From: a virus
Lineage: Duplodnaviria > Caudoviricetes
Direction: 5' to 3' (one strand)
Virus record (IMG/VR): IMGVR_UViG_3300044984_001537
Location: 1-55,334 of that record
DNA length: 55,334 bases
The notes beneath the pieces are model-generated. The model worked only from the letters and a program-made list of their open reading frames with translations, was not told the DNA's origin and did not search any database. This document shows, piece by piece, positions 46,847 to 55,334 of this stretch (position 1 is the stretch's first letter; each line of letters starts with the position of its first letter). Made by a program: the position numbers and the translations under genes.

Positions 46847-47128
46847 ATGTCACAAGACAATGTAGACGATATTGTAAAAGTTTCCGGTAGTAGCAACCCA
46901 CAGAGTGTTGGATCTATCGTAGCCCGAGCAGTAATTGCCGGACAAAACCCAAAGATGCGTGCTATTGGCGCAAGCGCGGTAAACCAGGCTGTAAAAGCAT
47001 GCGCAATTGCACGTGGATTTGTTGCCCCACGAGGCGTAGATTTATGCTTTGTTATTGGGTTTGATGACATTGAAGGGGATAACGGAGAGACCATCTCAGC
47101 TATTGCCTTTAGACCTGTCCAACGATAA
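46847..47128 (+). CDS. spoVS: SpoVS family protein
   Basis: KVS..SNPQSV...AIGASAVNQAVKA.AIARGFVAP.G.DL signature. Confidence 0.93.
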   Translation: MSQDNVDDIVKVSGSSNPQSVGSIVARAVIAGQNPKMRAIGASAVNQAVKACAIARGFVAPRGVDLCFVIGFDDIEGDNGETISAIAFRPVQR

Positions 47129-47191
47129 TAATCCTATATAAAGTGGTATTATTAAGTACCTCTAATTGCACATCCTGGGAGATAGTTAGCT

Positions 47192-50100
47192 ATGGCTGAA
47201 AAGAAACAACCTAAACTAAGTGCAGATGAACTAGATAAACTAGCACAACTTTCTGTAGATCAGCCAGGTGGTATGGCAAGTTTTTGGGATGACGAAGGTA
47301 AAGAAACTCCTTTAACTGAAACTTACGCAGCAGAATTTAAAAAGCTTTCACCGAAGCTTAAAAGGCTTGAAATTGCTAGAAAAGCAAATCAACGCAAAAC
47401 TGGTGCAGCTGAAAAAACAAGAGATACCCCTCCGGAAAAGCAACGTAAGCGTGGAGATACCAACACTGCTAAACGAACCCGCAGAAATACCTCGGTAGCC
47501 CGCACTGCAAGACAAGATACAACTGCAGAGCAAAACAGACAAGTTGTTGAAGAAACCGCAAGAAGAAGTCACTATAGTGAAGATGACATCATTAGGGAAG
47601 AAGACGCACGCGAAGCTGCCCGTCATGAAGCAGCTGCAAAAATGGGCATTGACATGCCCTCATTCCTTAAAACAATAGGTGGACGCACAACTGGACTTCG
47701 TTACGATCCTACCCACCCCAATGCGTATCGTGGTTATGTAAGTGCCAGTACTGACAAAAAGCCAACAGAAGCTGATGTTATTGCCAGCCTTTGGTATATG
47801 GGTGGTATCCCAGGTATAGATGCGAACGTTAGAGAAGAACTTGGCCCAGGTACAGCCCGTCCCTCAGGTAGTGGTGGATCACTTGGTGAAGATGCTTCAG
47901 GAGATCAAATCCCCAGTGACAATCCAGGTCTTGACACTGGTAAAACCATGCCTCCAAAAGAGGTTATTGAAACTGCTAAAGAAGCATATAACCCAGCAGC
48001 TGGTGGTGGGTCTGAAGTAGCTAGAGGTACTTTGCAAACCGCTGCTGAAATTGAATATGCTGCAACTGACGCCGTAAGACCACAGTCTGGTGATATATCA
48101 GCTGATGAACAAGCAGAACTTGATGCTAGAAGCTCCGGAATGATTGCTGGTACTGGTGGAACAATGGGTCCACAATTTGATGTATCAACACGTGAAGGTA
48201 GAAACGAAGCACGAAAAACTAGCGCAAGAAAGTTTATTGGCGCACAAGCAGGGCAAGTATCAGAACTCCGTAAAGCCGAACAGTCTCCAGATACAGATAT
48301 TGACCCTGCTACGTTTAAAGACATTGCCAGTGGTATTGAAGATGAACGAAAAACTCTTTCATTGCAAGATGCGCAAGCATGGATTGATGCCAATAGAGAC
48401 GCACTCGCTCCAGCATTCTCTGCAGTTAGAGAAGCAACTAGAGGACAAAAAGCAAGACTTACAGCAGAAAGTAATAAAATAGGTTCTCTTAAAACAGAAT
48501 ATGACGAAGCAAAAGCTCAAGGCACTATTGCTGGTAATACAACTTTTGAAAGTTGGAGACGAGATAAAGCAGCAACAAATAAAGATGAATATGGTATATC
48601 CTCTGATGAAACAGATGGTGACTACGAAGGTTTTATTGCAAAAGAAAAGAAAAGAGCAGCCAAAGAAGGCACCCCTCTTTCACTTACTGCTGCAGAAGTA
48701 GCCGATCCAAATTCAGAAATTCATGGAATCCTAGAAAAAGCAGGATTCAAATATGAACAAACTAGGTCTGTTGGAGAAGCTGGGGATGTTGACCCAATCA
48801 AATATAACTATGTTAAGGCCAACTCAACACGACAAGGTGTCAAAGTAGAAGATGGAAAAGATGAAGAAGGTAGATCAACAAAAAACATTACTGGTCTTGG
48901 CCTTATCAAAGAAGTAGTAGATGAGATAACAGGTCAGGGTGGAAAAGTAGTAAAGGTTGGAGCCGCGGGAGGTGGGTCTTACGTACAACGTAAGGTTACC
49001 CCAGGAAGACTTGATTACCTACTTGACCTACACGAAAATGAAACAGAAAGAGCTACACGGACAAACGCCGTCACTCGTAGCAATAAATCCAAACTTGGTA
49101 ATAGAGAAACAATGAAGCTATCTCAGATGGCTGAAGGTTCTGGTTCTGGTTCTTTGCTTGATTTAAGTACAGAAGAACGTAAAAAGCTTGCTGCAAGCAC
49201 CAAGACAAGTGAGTTTATTTCTGACCAAGGTGACCCAACACGTGCACCAGGTTTTGAAAATCTACCTATAAGAGAACAAGCAAAGATAACGCAAAAAGCA
49301 CGTCGCGAAGGGTTTCTTACTCCTCAAACTACCTCGCGCATCCGCAACCCACAGTTTGATATAACTAGACGGTTAGTTGAATCTCAGATTAAAGAGACTG
49401 GTCATACTGAAGAAGAACTAGCAAGCATGCCAGAATCTTCACTTGTTGCAACAAAAGTTGCTGCCGAAATGGCAAAGAGAAATGTTCCAAGAACTATTGT
49501 CGAAACTGAAAAAGTAAAAGATAAAGATGGTCGTTTAGTAGATAAAACTAACTCTAGAGGTAACCCTATAAAGGTTCAGCGTGATGCAACCGCAGCTCAG
49601 CCATGGGCTGTACGCCAATTAGGTGGACGTGCTCTAAATAGAACTTATACCGATCCTGTAGCCATTGGACCAGTTGGTAGACAGTTTGACGGATATGAGG
49701 GACTTGCGGCTAGAGCTATCCAGGCACGGATTTCACAAGCAAATACTGATGGTACGGATATTACTCAGCTTAAAACCCAACTTGGCCTTGCTCAAGAATC
49801 TCCTAACTCAAGCATGGCTCGTGGCGTACGTCAAGATCTTGTTGATGCAGACGTAGAGGCTGTAAAACGAGCGGTAGAAGTTCTAAACGTAAGAAAACCA
49901 CATGTTGAACAAGGTATTGTAGATGCCAGAGACATTGCAGCAAAACGACAAACAGCAGTAATGGAAACTAGAAAAGCCCTTGAAGAAGGTACGCATGTAA
50001 ATGCTAAGGGTGAATCAATTGCTATGCTTACCGAACTCCCAGCTAATGCTGATGACGCTCAAAAACGTGCTCATCAAGCTTTAAGAGCTGTTCATACTAA

Positions 50101-51775
50101 GGCCATAAGAGCTGCAGGTGACAAAGCAGTAAGAGAACACCTTGATATAATTGCTTCCCAAGGTTCTGTAAAACGCGATCTTCGTGGAAATATGGAGACT
50201 GAAGAAGTAGAACTTTCAGATGGCACGGTTATAGATCGTCCAGTATCTGCTGGTTCTGCGGGAGACACTGCACAAGCTGAAAAAGATAACGCAGTTCGTT
50301 TGCATGTTGCTCAATCTGTTTCTGGACTTCCAAAAGCAGGGGGCAAAGAGCGTACAATACGTAGGCGTAGACTGGTAAGTACCACTAACCCAGATGAAGC
50401 CTATACTAGGGGTGACTCTAGTGCTGACCCTGGTGTTAAATGGATTGACGCTATTGAGTATGGCTCAAAAGCAAAACAAACAGATAAGTACAAAGAAATT
50501 GAACTTGCACCAGTTAAAGATACATCAGCCGCCCCTTCAAGAAGAGCAAAATCTCCGCTTACTCTGAGTGAGCAAGTTCACAGTGCACTAGAAAGCTACA
50601 CAGATACTTCTGAAACTGGAGAAGTTTCTAGACCATTTGGTACTTTGCCAAACGGCATGACTCATGAAGCCCTGCATGACCTAGGTGTATCAGACAAATC
50701 CGGTGCTGTTAATATCCCAGAATCAACCGAAGAACGCCAACGCCTATCCATAGCAGTGCGTAAAAGAGGTTGGAATGTTACTGCTGGTACTGACCTTCCA
50801 TCAATTGGTAAAATTGAAATGGGAAGAAAAATTGGAGCAGAATCTGCGGCTCGAAAGGCAGCAGAAGGTACTTCACAGGTCAGCGAAACTGTAGAAACAA
50901 CCAGCACCAGCGACAGAATCCTACCAAAGTCTGCTGGTAAAGGTATTGTAGAACCAGCAGGTACTGTTTCTAGAGAGCTTGTTACTAGAACTGAACCAAG
51001 TCAACCTCCGGCAACCCCTTGGGCGCAAACACCCTCCACAAGATCTGCATCACTTCCCCCGCAGTCATCACGGCTTAGCTCACAATTTAATGTTCCAGAT
51101 AATGCTAATGCGTATACGCGTATGGCCTTAGAGGGACTTAAAAAAGCTGAGTTCATTAAAACTCCTATTGAAGGTGAAAATTTAGGTAAGGGTTCTCATC
51201 CAGAAGATCAACTTAAAAATGATGCTGGTGACGTTATTGGACTTATTATCACTTCACGTAACCCTCGTATGAGTAAGCCATTAAACGTTAATTCACCAAA
51301 TTCACCAGGAACTAACCTATCTCGTGGTAATTCGATTAGCCTATCTCGTGGTAATTCGGAATATGATTCAACATTTGTATCTTCTGGTATGAGCAACATA
51401 CCTCCAACTCCATCACGTCGAGAATCAGCAATGAACACCCGTCAACTTGGAGCTGGCGCTCATTTTGGTGAACGAGGACTAACACCAACTGATAGACCAC
51501 TTATGGATGGCGACGTTATGCCAACTGGTCGTTTGTTTAATGCTGGCCAATACGCAAAAGTTGCTCCAAAAAGAATGCGTCCACAAGAAGCTAGTGCAAC
51601 AGCACCAGCAGCAGTTGAAGACAACACTAGTGACTACGCATGGTCAGGAGTTCCAGCCAGTGCTCCCAATACCCATTTAAGTATGAAGCAAATGGGTAAT
51701 ACTACCAACCGTGTGTATGACCCTACCAAGGGCCCATCACGTATGGGTAGAGAAATAATTCCTCAGGGAATATAA
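47192..51775 (+). CDS. 1527-aa hydrophilic low-complexity protein of unknown function
   Basis: Long ORF rich in A/E/K/R/T/G/S; no Cys seen; few aromatics; no recognisable catalytic motif; TGGTATTAT extended -10 and GGAG RBS upstream. Confidence 0.85.
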   Translation: MAEKKQPKLSADELDKLAQLSVDQPGGMASFWDDEGKETPLTETYAAEFKKLSPKLKRLEIARKANQRKTGAAEKTRDTPPEKQRKRGDTNTAKRTRRNTSVARTARQDTTAEQNRQVVEETARRSHYSEDDIIREEDAREAARHEAAAKMGIDMPSFLKTIGGRTTGLRYDPTHPNAYRGYVSASTDKKPTEADVIASLWYMGGIPGIDANVREELGPGTARPSGSGGSLGEDASGDQIPSDNPGLDTGKTMPPKEVIETAKEAYNPAAGGGSEVARGTLQTAAEIEYAATDAVRPQSGDISADEQAELDARSSGMIAGTGGTMGPQFDVSTREGRNEARKTSARKFIGAQAGQVSELRKAEQSPDTDIDPATFKDIASGIEDERKTLSLQDAQAWIDANRDALAPAFSAVREATRGQKARLTAESNKIGSLKTEYDEAKAQGTIAGNTTFESWRRDKAATNKDEYGISSDETDGDYEGFIAKEKKRAAKEGTPLSLTAAEVADPNSEIHGILEKAGFKYEQTRSVGEAGDVDPIKYNYVKANSTRQGVKVEDGKDEEGRSTKNITGLGLIKEVVDEITGQGGKVVKVGAAGGGSYVQRKVTPGRLDYLLDLHENETERATRTNAVTRSNKSKLGNRETMKLSQMAEGSGSGSLLDLSTEERKKLAASTKTSEFISDQGDPTRAPGFENLPIREQAKITQKARREGFLTPQTTSRIRNPQFDITRRLVESQIKETGHTEEELASMPESSLVATKVAAEMAKRNVPRTIVETEKVKDKDGRLVDKTNSRGNPIKVQRDATAAQPWAVRQLGGRALNRTYTDPVAIGPVGRQFDGYEGLAARAIQARISQANTDGTDITQLKTQLGLAQESPNSSMARGVRQDLVDADVEAVKRAVEVLNVRKPHVEQGIVDARDIAAKRQTAVMETRKALEEGTHVNAKGESIAMLTELPANADDAQKRAHQALRAVHTKAIRAAGDKAVREHLDIIASQGSVKRDLRGNMETEEVELSDGTVIDRPVSAGSAGDTAQAEKDNAVRLHVAQSVSGLPKAGGKERTIRRRRLVSTTNPDEAYTRGDSSADPGVKWIDAIEYGSKAKQTDKYKEIELAPVKDTSAAPSRRAKSPLTLSEQVHSALESYTDTSETGEVSRPFGTLPNGMTHEALHDLGVSDKSGAVNIPESTEERQRLSIAVRKRGWNVTAGTDLPSIGKIEMGRKIGAESAARKAAEGTSQVSETVETTSTSDRILPKSAGKGIVEPAGTVSRELVTRTEPSQPPATPWAQTPSTRSASLPPQSSRLSSQFNVPDNANAYTRMALEGLKKAEFIKTPIEGENLGKGSHPEDQLKNDAGDVIGLIITSRNPRMSKPLNVNSPNSPGTNLSRGNSISLSRGNSEYDSTFVSSGMSNIPPTPSRRESAMNTRQLGAGAHFGERGLTPTDRPLMDGDVMPTGRLFNAGQYAKVAPKRMRPQEASATAPAAVEDNTSDYAWSGVPASAPNTHLSMKQMGNTTNRVYDPTKGPSRMGREIIPQGI
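51316..51358 (+). repeat. 19-bp direct repeat, 24-nt period, in frame
   Basis: CCTATCTCGTGGTAATTCG at 51316 and 51340 (LSRGNS twice). Confidence 0.9.
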
Positions 51776-51807
51776 GCAAATATAGGTATAAGGTGTAAAC
51801 TACTAAA

Positions 51808-51969
51808 ATGCGTAAGTATAATAATGACGATTGGCGCAAGCTAGCTAATTCACCACATTTAGATGATGAATTTGATGACATCTACGAAGAACAAGATAAG
51901 ATAGAACGCAAACAGAAACGTAAAGAAAAGGACCGTCATGGCCTCAAAGAAGACTTCTTCAACTTCTAA
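51808..51969 (+). CDS. 53-aa charged protein (not in ORF track)
   Basis: MRKYNNDDWRK...EDFFNF*; TAAACT -10 box 6 nt before ATG. Confidence 0.55.
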   Translation: MRKYNNDDWRKLANSPHLDDEFDDIYEEQDKIERKQKRKEKDRHGLKEDFFNF

Positions 51970-52087
51970 GAAAAAGATTAATAAAAAAGTAGTTAAGAAG
52001 GTTGCTCCACGTCCTAAGCCAATTTCTAATGTTGGTGGAGGACAAGGTGGAATTCTTGGGGCATTTGGTGGAGTAAATGGCCGCTAG
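51938..52087 (+). CDS. 49-aa Lys-rich then Gly-rich protein (not in ORF track)
   Basis: AAGGA RBS; MASKKTSSTSKKKINKKVVKKVAPRPKP...GGVNGR*. Confidence 0.6.
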   Translation: MASKKTSSTSKKKINKKVVKKVAPRPKPISNVGGGQGGILGAFGGVNGR

Positions 52088-52580
52088 CCCAAATCAGCAA
52101 ACGTTTACCGATTGGGGTGGAGGGTATGACCCTTATACCCCCGAAAGCCAACCTCTGTTAGGTCCAACTCCTACCTTTCGTAGTTCTAAAGACGCACAAC
52201 TTTCAGCATGGGGTGGCTCGCCAGATACCCAATACCCAGATGGGTACTTGGGTACTATGTCATCTAACCGACGACAAGATAAGATTTTAAATGCTGTACA
52301 ACGTACTAACTCCCGTCCATATACCCGTGGTGTACACAAGGGTGAGAGAATTAATGCCGGTGATTATGTATGGCCAGATGAATTTAACTTACAGACAGGA
52401 CTAGTGTTACAGTCACAGGGCCTCAAATTTGCCCCTCCAGGGGCTGAACCGGTAAGATTAACTAATGATGGTAAAGCTGGCCCCAGAGGCATTCCTAGGG
52501 GCCTAGACCGCCCTCAAGAAGAAGTTGTAGACATGCAACGAAGAAGTCTATTAAAGTCACTTGCTCCCCCGTGGAGATGA
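52077..52580 (+). CDS. Hypothetical Pro/Gly-rich protein
   Basis: GGAG RBS; YPDGYLGT...RGVHKGER segment looks conserved. Confidence 0.75.
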   Translation: MAASPNQQTFTDWGGGYDPYTPESQPLLGPTPTFRSSKDAQLSAWGGSPDTQYPDGYLGTMSSNRRQDKILNAVQRTNSRPYTRGVHKGERINAGDYVWPDEFNLQTGLVLQSQGLKFAPPGAEPVRLTNDGKAGPRGIPRGLDRPQEEVVDMQRRSLLKSLAPPWR

Positions 52581-52610
52581 TAAACTTGTGTATTAACAAA
52601 GGAGTAAATT

Positions 52611-53039
52611 ATGGCTATTAAAGACAGTATGCGAGGTGGCGGTAATGCTGGACGTGGAGATAATCCTCACACCCCTAGACTTGCACCTTCAGGTGATATG
52701 GGATACCCCGAACTTAACGCTAAAGTAAAAGCTGCTAAACCAATGCCTGCTGGAGGAACAGCTCCTGAGGGTACAAGTAAAGTTTTTCAAGCCCCCTCTA
52801 GTTTGCGTGGGTATGGTCAAGCAGCATATGCTGTTCCTAATGAAAACATGGCTGGGATTAAAGATCATTATAAAGACCTTAGAAGAGGTACAAACAACTC
52901 AGGTAATAACCCAGAAAATCAAACAATGGGTAGACAAGACGCTCGAGATGTTTCAATGGTCAAAGGTGGCGGTAAATCAACTATGATTCAAGATGCCTAC
53001 GCTAAGCCAACTACTAATAACCTCGGCGTCAGTTATTAA
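52611..53039 (+). CDS. Hypothetical low-complexity protein
   Basis: TGATAAACT extended -10 and AAGGAG RBS; rich in G/N/P/A/M. Confidence 0.75.
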   Translation: MAIKDSMRGGGNAGRGDNPHTPRLAPSGDMGYPELNAKVKAAKPMPAGGTAPEGTSKVFQAPSSLRGYGQAAYAVPNENMAGIKDHYKDLRRGTNNSGNNPENQTMGRQDARDVSMVKGGGKSTMIQDAYAKPTTNNLGVSY

Positions 53040-53064
53040 ATAAACACAACAAGGAGAACACAAT

Positions 53065-53262
53065 ATGATTAAGCCTCACATGACAATTGCTGAAGCTTGG
53101 TACAAGATTAACGTCGAAGGACTTAACCCAGGTCTTTCTTTAGAAGAAGCAATCAAAACTTCAGAAAAGATTAGTGAGCAATACAAAGATGTAATAGCTG
53201 CATCTACAAAAATGCAAAACAGTTTAGGTAACCGTAGAGGTTACCCAGGGTACACTGGGTAA
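53065..53262 (+). CDS. Small hypothetical protein
   Basis: AAGGAG RBS. Confidence 0.7.
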   Translation: MIKPHMTIAEAWYKINVEGLNPGLSLEEAIKTSEKISEQYKDVIAASTKMQNSLGNRRGYPGYTG

Positions 53263-53280
53263 CGTATTTAAAGGATAAGA

Positions 53281-53574
53281 ATGGCACGTCCATGGCAGTC
53301 ACGTCAGGAGTTTCTAGTGGATCAGGCCTTACAGGCCGCCATTAGCGACCCCGACACCATACGTGCAATTCGCCCCACTGTTCCTCAACAGCTTTTTCCA
53401 CAGACTCGTGGCTTTATTAAGCAGTCACCTAATCTTATGGACATTTTTAGTATGAGCCGATATGGTGTAGCCAATCGTTCGTGGATCTCAGGTATGCCGG
53501 TTATGCCAGAAATGAACACCGGTGAATTTGAAGGTACCGGAAGGTATTCAATGAACTCGTTAGGAAACGTATAG
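53281..53574 (+). CDS. Hypothetical protein
   Basis: AAGGA RBS. Confidence 0.7.
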   Translation: MARPWQSRQEFLVDQALQAAISDPDTIRAIRPTVPQQLFPQTRGFIKQSPNLMDIFSMSRYGVANRSWISGMPVMPEMNTGEFEGTGRYSMNSLGNV

Positions 53575-53575
53575 T

Positions 53576-55334
53576 ATGCCTTTTAACGGAGATTTCTATA
53601 CACAAAATGATGGTAAAGCCCCTACGCATGACTTTTACTCGCAGAACCTAAGAAACAAAGGTACTCTTGAGGGATCTTGGCAAATGCGTCAAGCGTATTC
53701 TCAAGGTGGAGCACAGTCTTCTGGAGAAATGCGTGGGAATATCAACCCAGTACAGAGTGCTCCTGCCATGGGTAGTAATCCAGGAAGCCCTAGCTTTAAT
53801 AGTACCTACGCAAGAGACATTAACACTAGCTTAGGTAGTAACAGCAGAGTTGGTTATGAAGCAAGCAGCGCAACAGGCACTACCGGAGTACCTAATTCAG
53901 GTCCAAGCTATAATAGTAGAAGAGTCCCAGGTAGTGGTTCTAATGAAGAATCTACAATTAGAAAGTTCTTTGGAGGACCGGGCAAGATGAAAAAAGATAA
54001 AAAAGAAAAAAGTTCAGGATCGTCTGGGTCGGTTCAACCTCCCGTGACCACACAAAGTTCAGGAGGAGCCATGACGCAATCAGGCAACAACGCTGGTAGA
54101 GATAATATTGTAGGAAACAACACTGTGGGCGCTGGTGGTGTTATAGGCAGCGACAATGTTGTGAATAACGGTTCTGGAAACCAAAACGTAGGACCTGGAA
54201 CCCAAAATAACTTGGCAGCTTATGCAAGGCAAACTAACATAGCATTCCATGGTGTTGGTCCTGGTGGACCTGGTAATCCTGGTGGTCCTGGTGGAGGTGG
54301 GCCTGGTGGTCCTGGTGGACCTCCTCCCCCTCCCCCTCCCCCTGGTGGAGGTGGGCCTGGTGGTTTCCCTCCCCCGCCTCCTGGTGGTCCAAAAACCCCT
54401 AAGCCAAGAGCCCCTAGAAAACCAAAGGCACCTGTACCTGGTGGCCCTGGTGGCCCTGCTGGCCCTGCCGGTCCCGCTGGCCCTGCCGGTCCCGCTGGTG
54501 AACCTGGTAGTCCAGGTGGTCCTGGTGGGGGTGGACCTGGTGGTCCTGAAACTGGGTCTACTCCCAAAAAACCTGCTCCACGTAATGTAGATGTGTACAC
54601 AGCTACTGCTGAAAAAGGTATAGCAGATGCAAAAGCACGTGGTGCTGGAAATGGTGTTCCTGGTGCTGGATTTGTGCCTCCGGTTACCCCAGGCACAGCA
54701 CAACCCCCTACACAACCCGCAACTCCTGGAGTAAACAACAACCCACGTAATCTGGATGTATACTCCCAAACAGCTTTACAGGGACTAGAAGACGCAAAAG
54801 CACGTGGTTTTGATCCATCACAAAACAGAGGGGTAGGTAACACCCCAACCGCTGGCCAACCACAAGCACCACAGCCCCCTGCAACTACAGGATTACCCCC
54901 AACACAGGGGCAAGCCTTAGACACACCAGGTAGAACAATGGGTGTTAATGGTGATGGTAGTAACCCCGCAGGTGCTCCTATCCAGCAAACCACCCCACCA
55001 GGAGCTTATGGTGGACGTGGACCAGTTGGCAGAACTGCAAGACCAGGTGCTCTTCCAAGCAATGATGCATGGCAGGGTAAGATGAACGGCTATAATGCGT
55101 ATGCTATGCAACAATCACAGGCCATGGGGTTTGACCCATCACAAATGGCCCCAATGGGCCCACAACCAGGACGTCATGACATAAACCCACTCACTGGTGC
55201 AACACGTCCTGATTTTGGTGCTCCTGGCTATACTGGTGCTTCACGTCATCCAAAAGCACCAACACCTGATTTTACCTATGGAATGCAATCTGAAGTTGCA
55301 CCAATGATGCAAGGTATGGGTATGGCAGACATGG
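53576..55334 (+). CDS. Gly/Pro/Asn/Gln/Ser-rich disordered protein, 3'-partial (not in ORF track)
   Basis: Manual translation from ATG 53576 (MPFNGDFYTQNDGK...) shows no stop in 586 codons to the window end; polyproline, GGP and GPA repeats. Confidence 0.85.
   Translation, partial: MPFNGDFYTQNDGKAPTHDFYSQNLRNKGTLEGSWQMRQAYSQGGAQSSGEMRGNINPVQSAPAMGSNPGSPSFNSTYARDINTSLGSNSRVGYEASSATGTTGVPNSGPSYNSRRVPGSGSNEESTIRKFFGGPGKMKKDKKEKSSGSSGSVQPPVTTQSSGGAMTQSGNNAGRDNIVGNNTVGAGGVIGSDNVVNNGSGNQNVGPGTQNNLAAYARQTNIAFHGVGPGGPGNPGGPGGGGPGGPGGPPPPPPPPGGGGPGGFPPPPPGGPKTPKPRAPRKPKAPVPGGPGGPAGPAGPAGPAGPAGEPGSPGGPGGGGPGGPETGSTPKKPAPRNVDVYTATAEKGIADAKARGAGNGVPGAGFVPPVTPGTAQPPTQPATPGVNNNPRNLDVYSQTALQGLEDAKARGFDPSQNRGVGNTPTAGQPQAPQPPATTGLPPTQGQALDTPGRTMGVNGDGSNPAGAPIQQTTPPGAYGGRGPVGRTARPGALPSNDAWQGKMNGYNAYAMQQSQAMGFDPSQMAPMGPQPGRHDINPLTGATRPDFGAPGYTGASRHPKAPTPDFTYGMQSEVAPMMQGMGMADM

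Noticed and set aside
47192-51775. Giant ORF as a virion RNA polymerase or second tape measure
   Set aside because: No DxDGD or T7-type polymerase motifs and no periodic aromatic or hydrophobic segments; a tape measure already sits at the expected position
54080-54993. Minus-strand collagen-like ORFs (257 aa and 229 aa) and the plus-strand 54249-54590 Leu/Val ORF
   Set aside because: They are shadows of the plus-strand ORF from 53576: Gly and Pro codons mirror each other across strands, they have no RBS, and they conflict with the operon direction or frame
1-55334. Stop-codon recoding, tRNA genes or an integrase
   Set aside because: Core genes are intact in the standard code and use all three stops; intergenic gaps are short with no cloverleaf recognised by eye (tRNAscan not run); no recombinase motif of integrase type was seen

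Overview
This window is most of a tailed dsDNA phage genome with a contractile tail (myovirus), cut at both ends inside genes. It reads, left to right: endolysin and fibre-like genes; terminase, portal, scaffold and N4-gp56-type major capsid; neck, sheath, tube, chaperone, tape measure and baseplate; a short minus-strand cassette (Dps, DUF6321-like protein, unannotated Cys/PAKK microprotein); a replication/recombination block (HTH initiator with palindromic iterons, DnaC-like loader, DnaB, primase, SNF2 helicase, SSB, PolA, RecA, Cas4-like nuclease, resolvases, SpoVS); and an 8 kb run of low-complexity, probably disordered proteins that includes a >586-codon Gly/Pro-rich ORF missing from the ORF track. 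I saw no integrase, tRNA, CRISPR array or intein. Leaderless-type -10 boxes and PAKK tails hint at an actinobacterial host (inference). The most notable items are the disordered-protein cluster, the Dps/basic-protein cassette, repeated hairpins that cover start signals and contain a -10 box, the iteron origin, and a +1/-2 tail chaperone frameshift. All family calls come from motif recognition by eye, not database searches.
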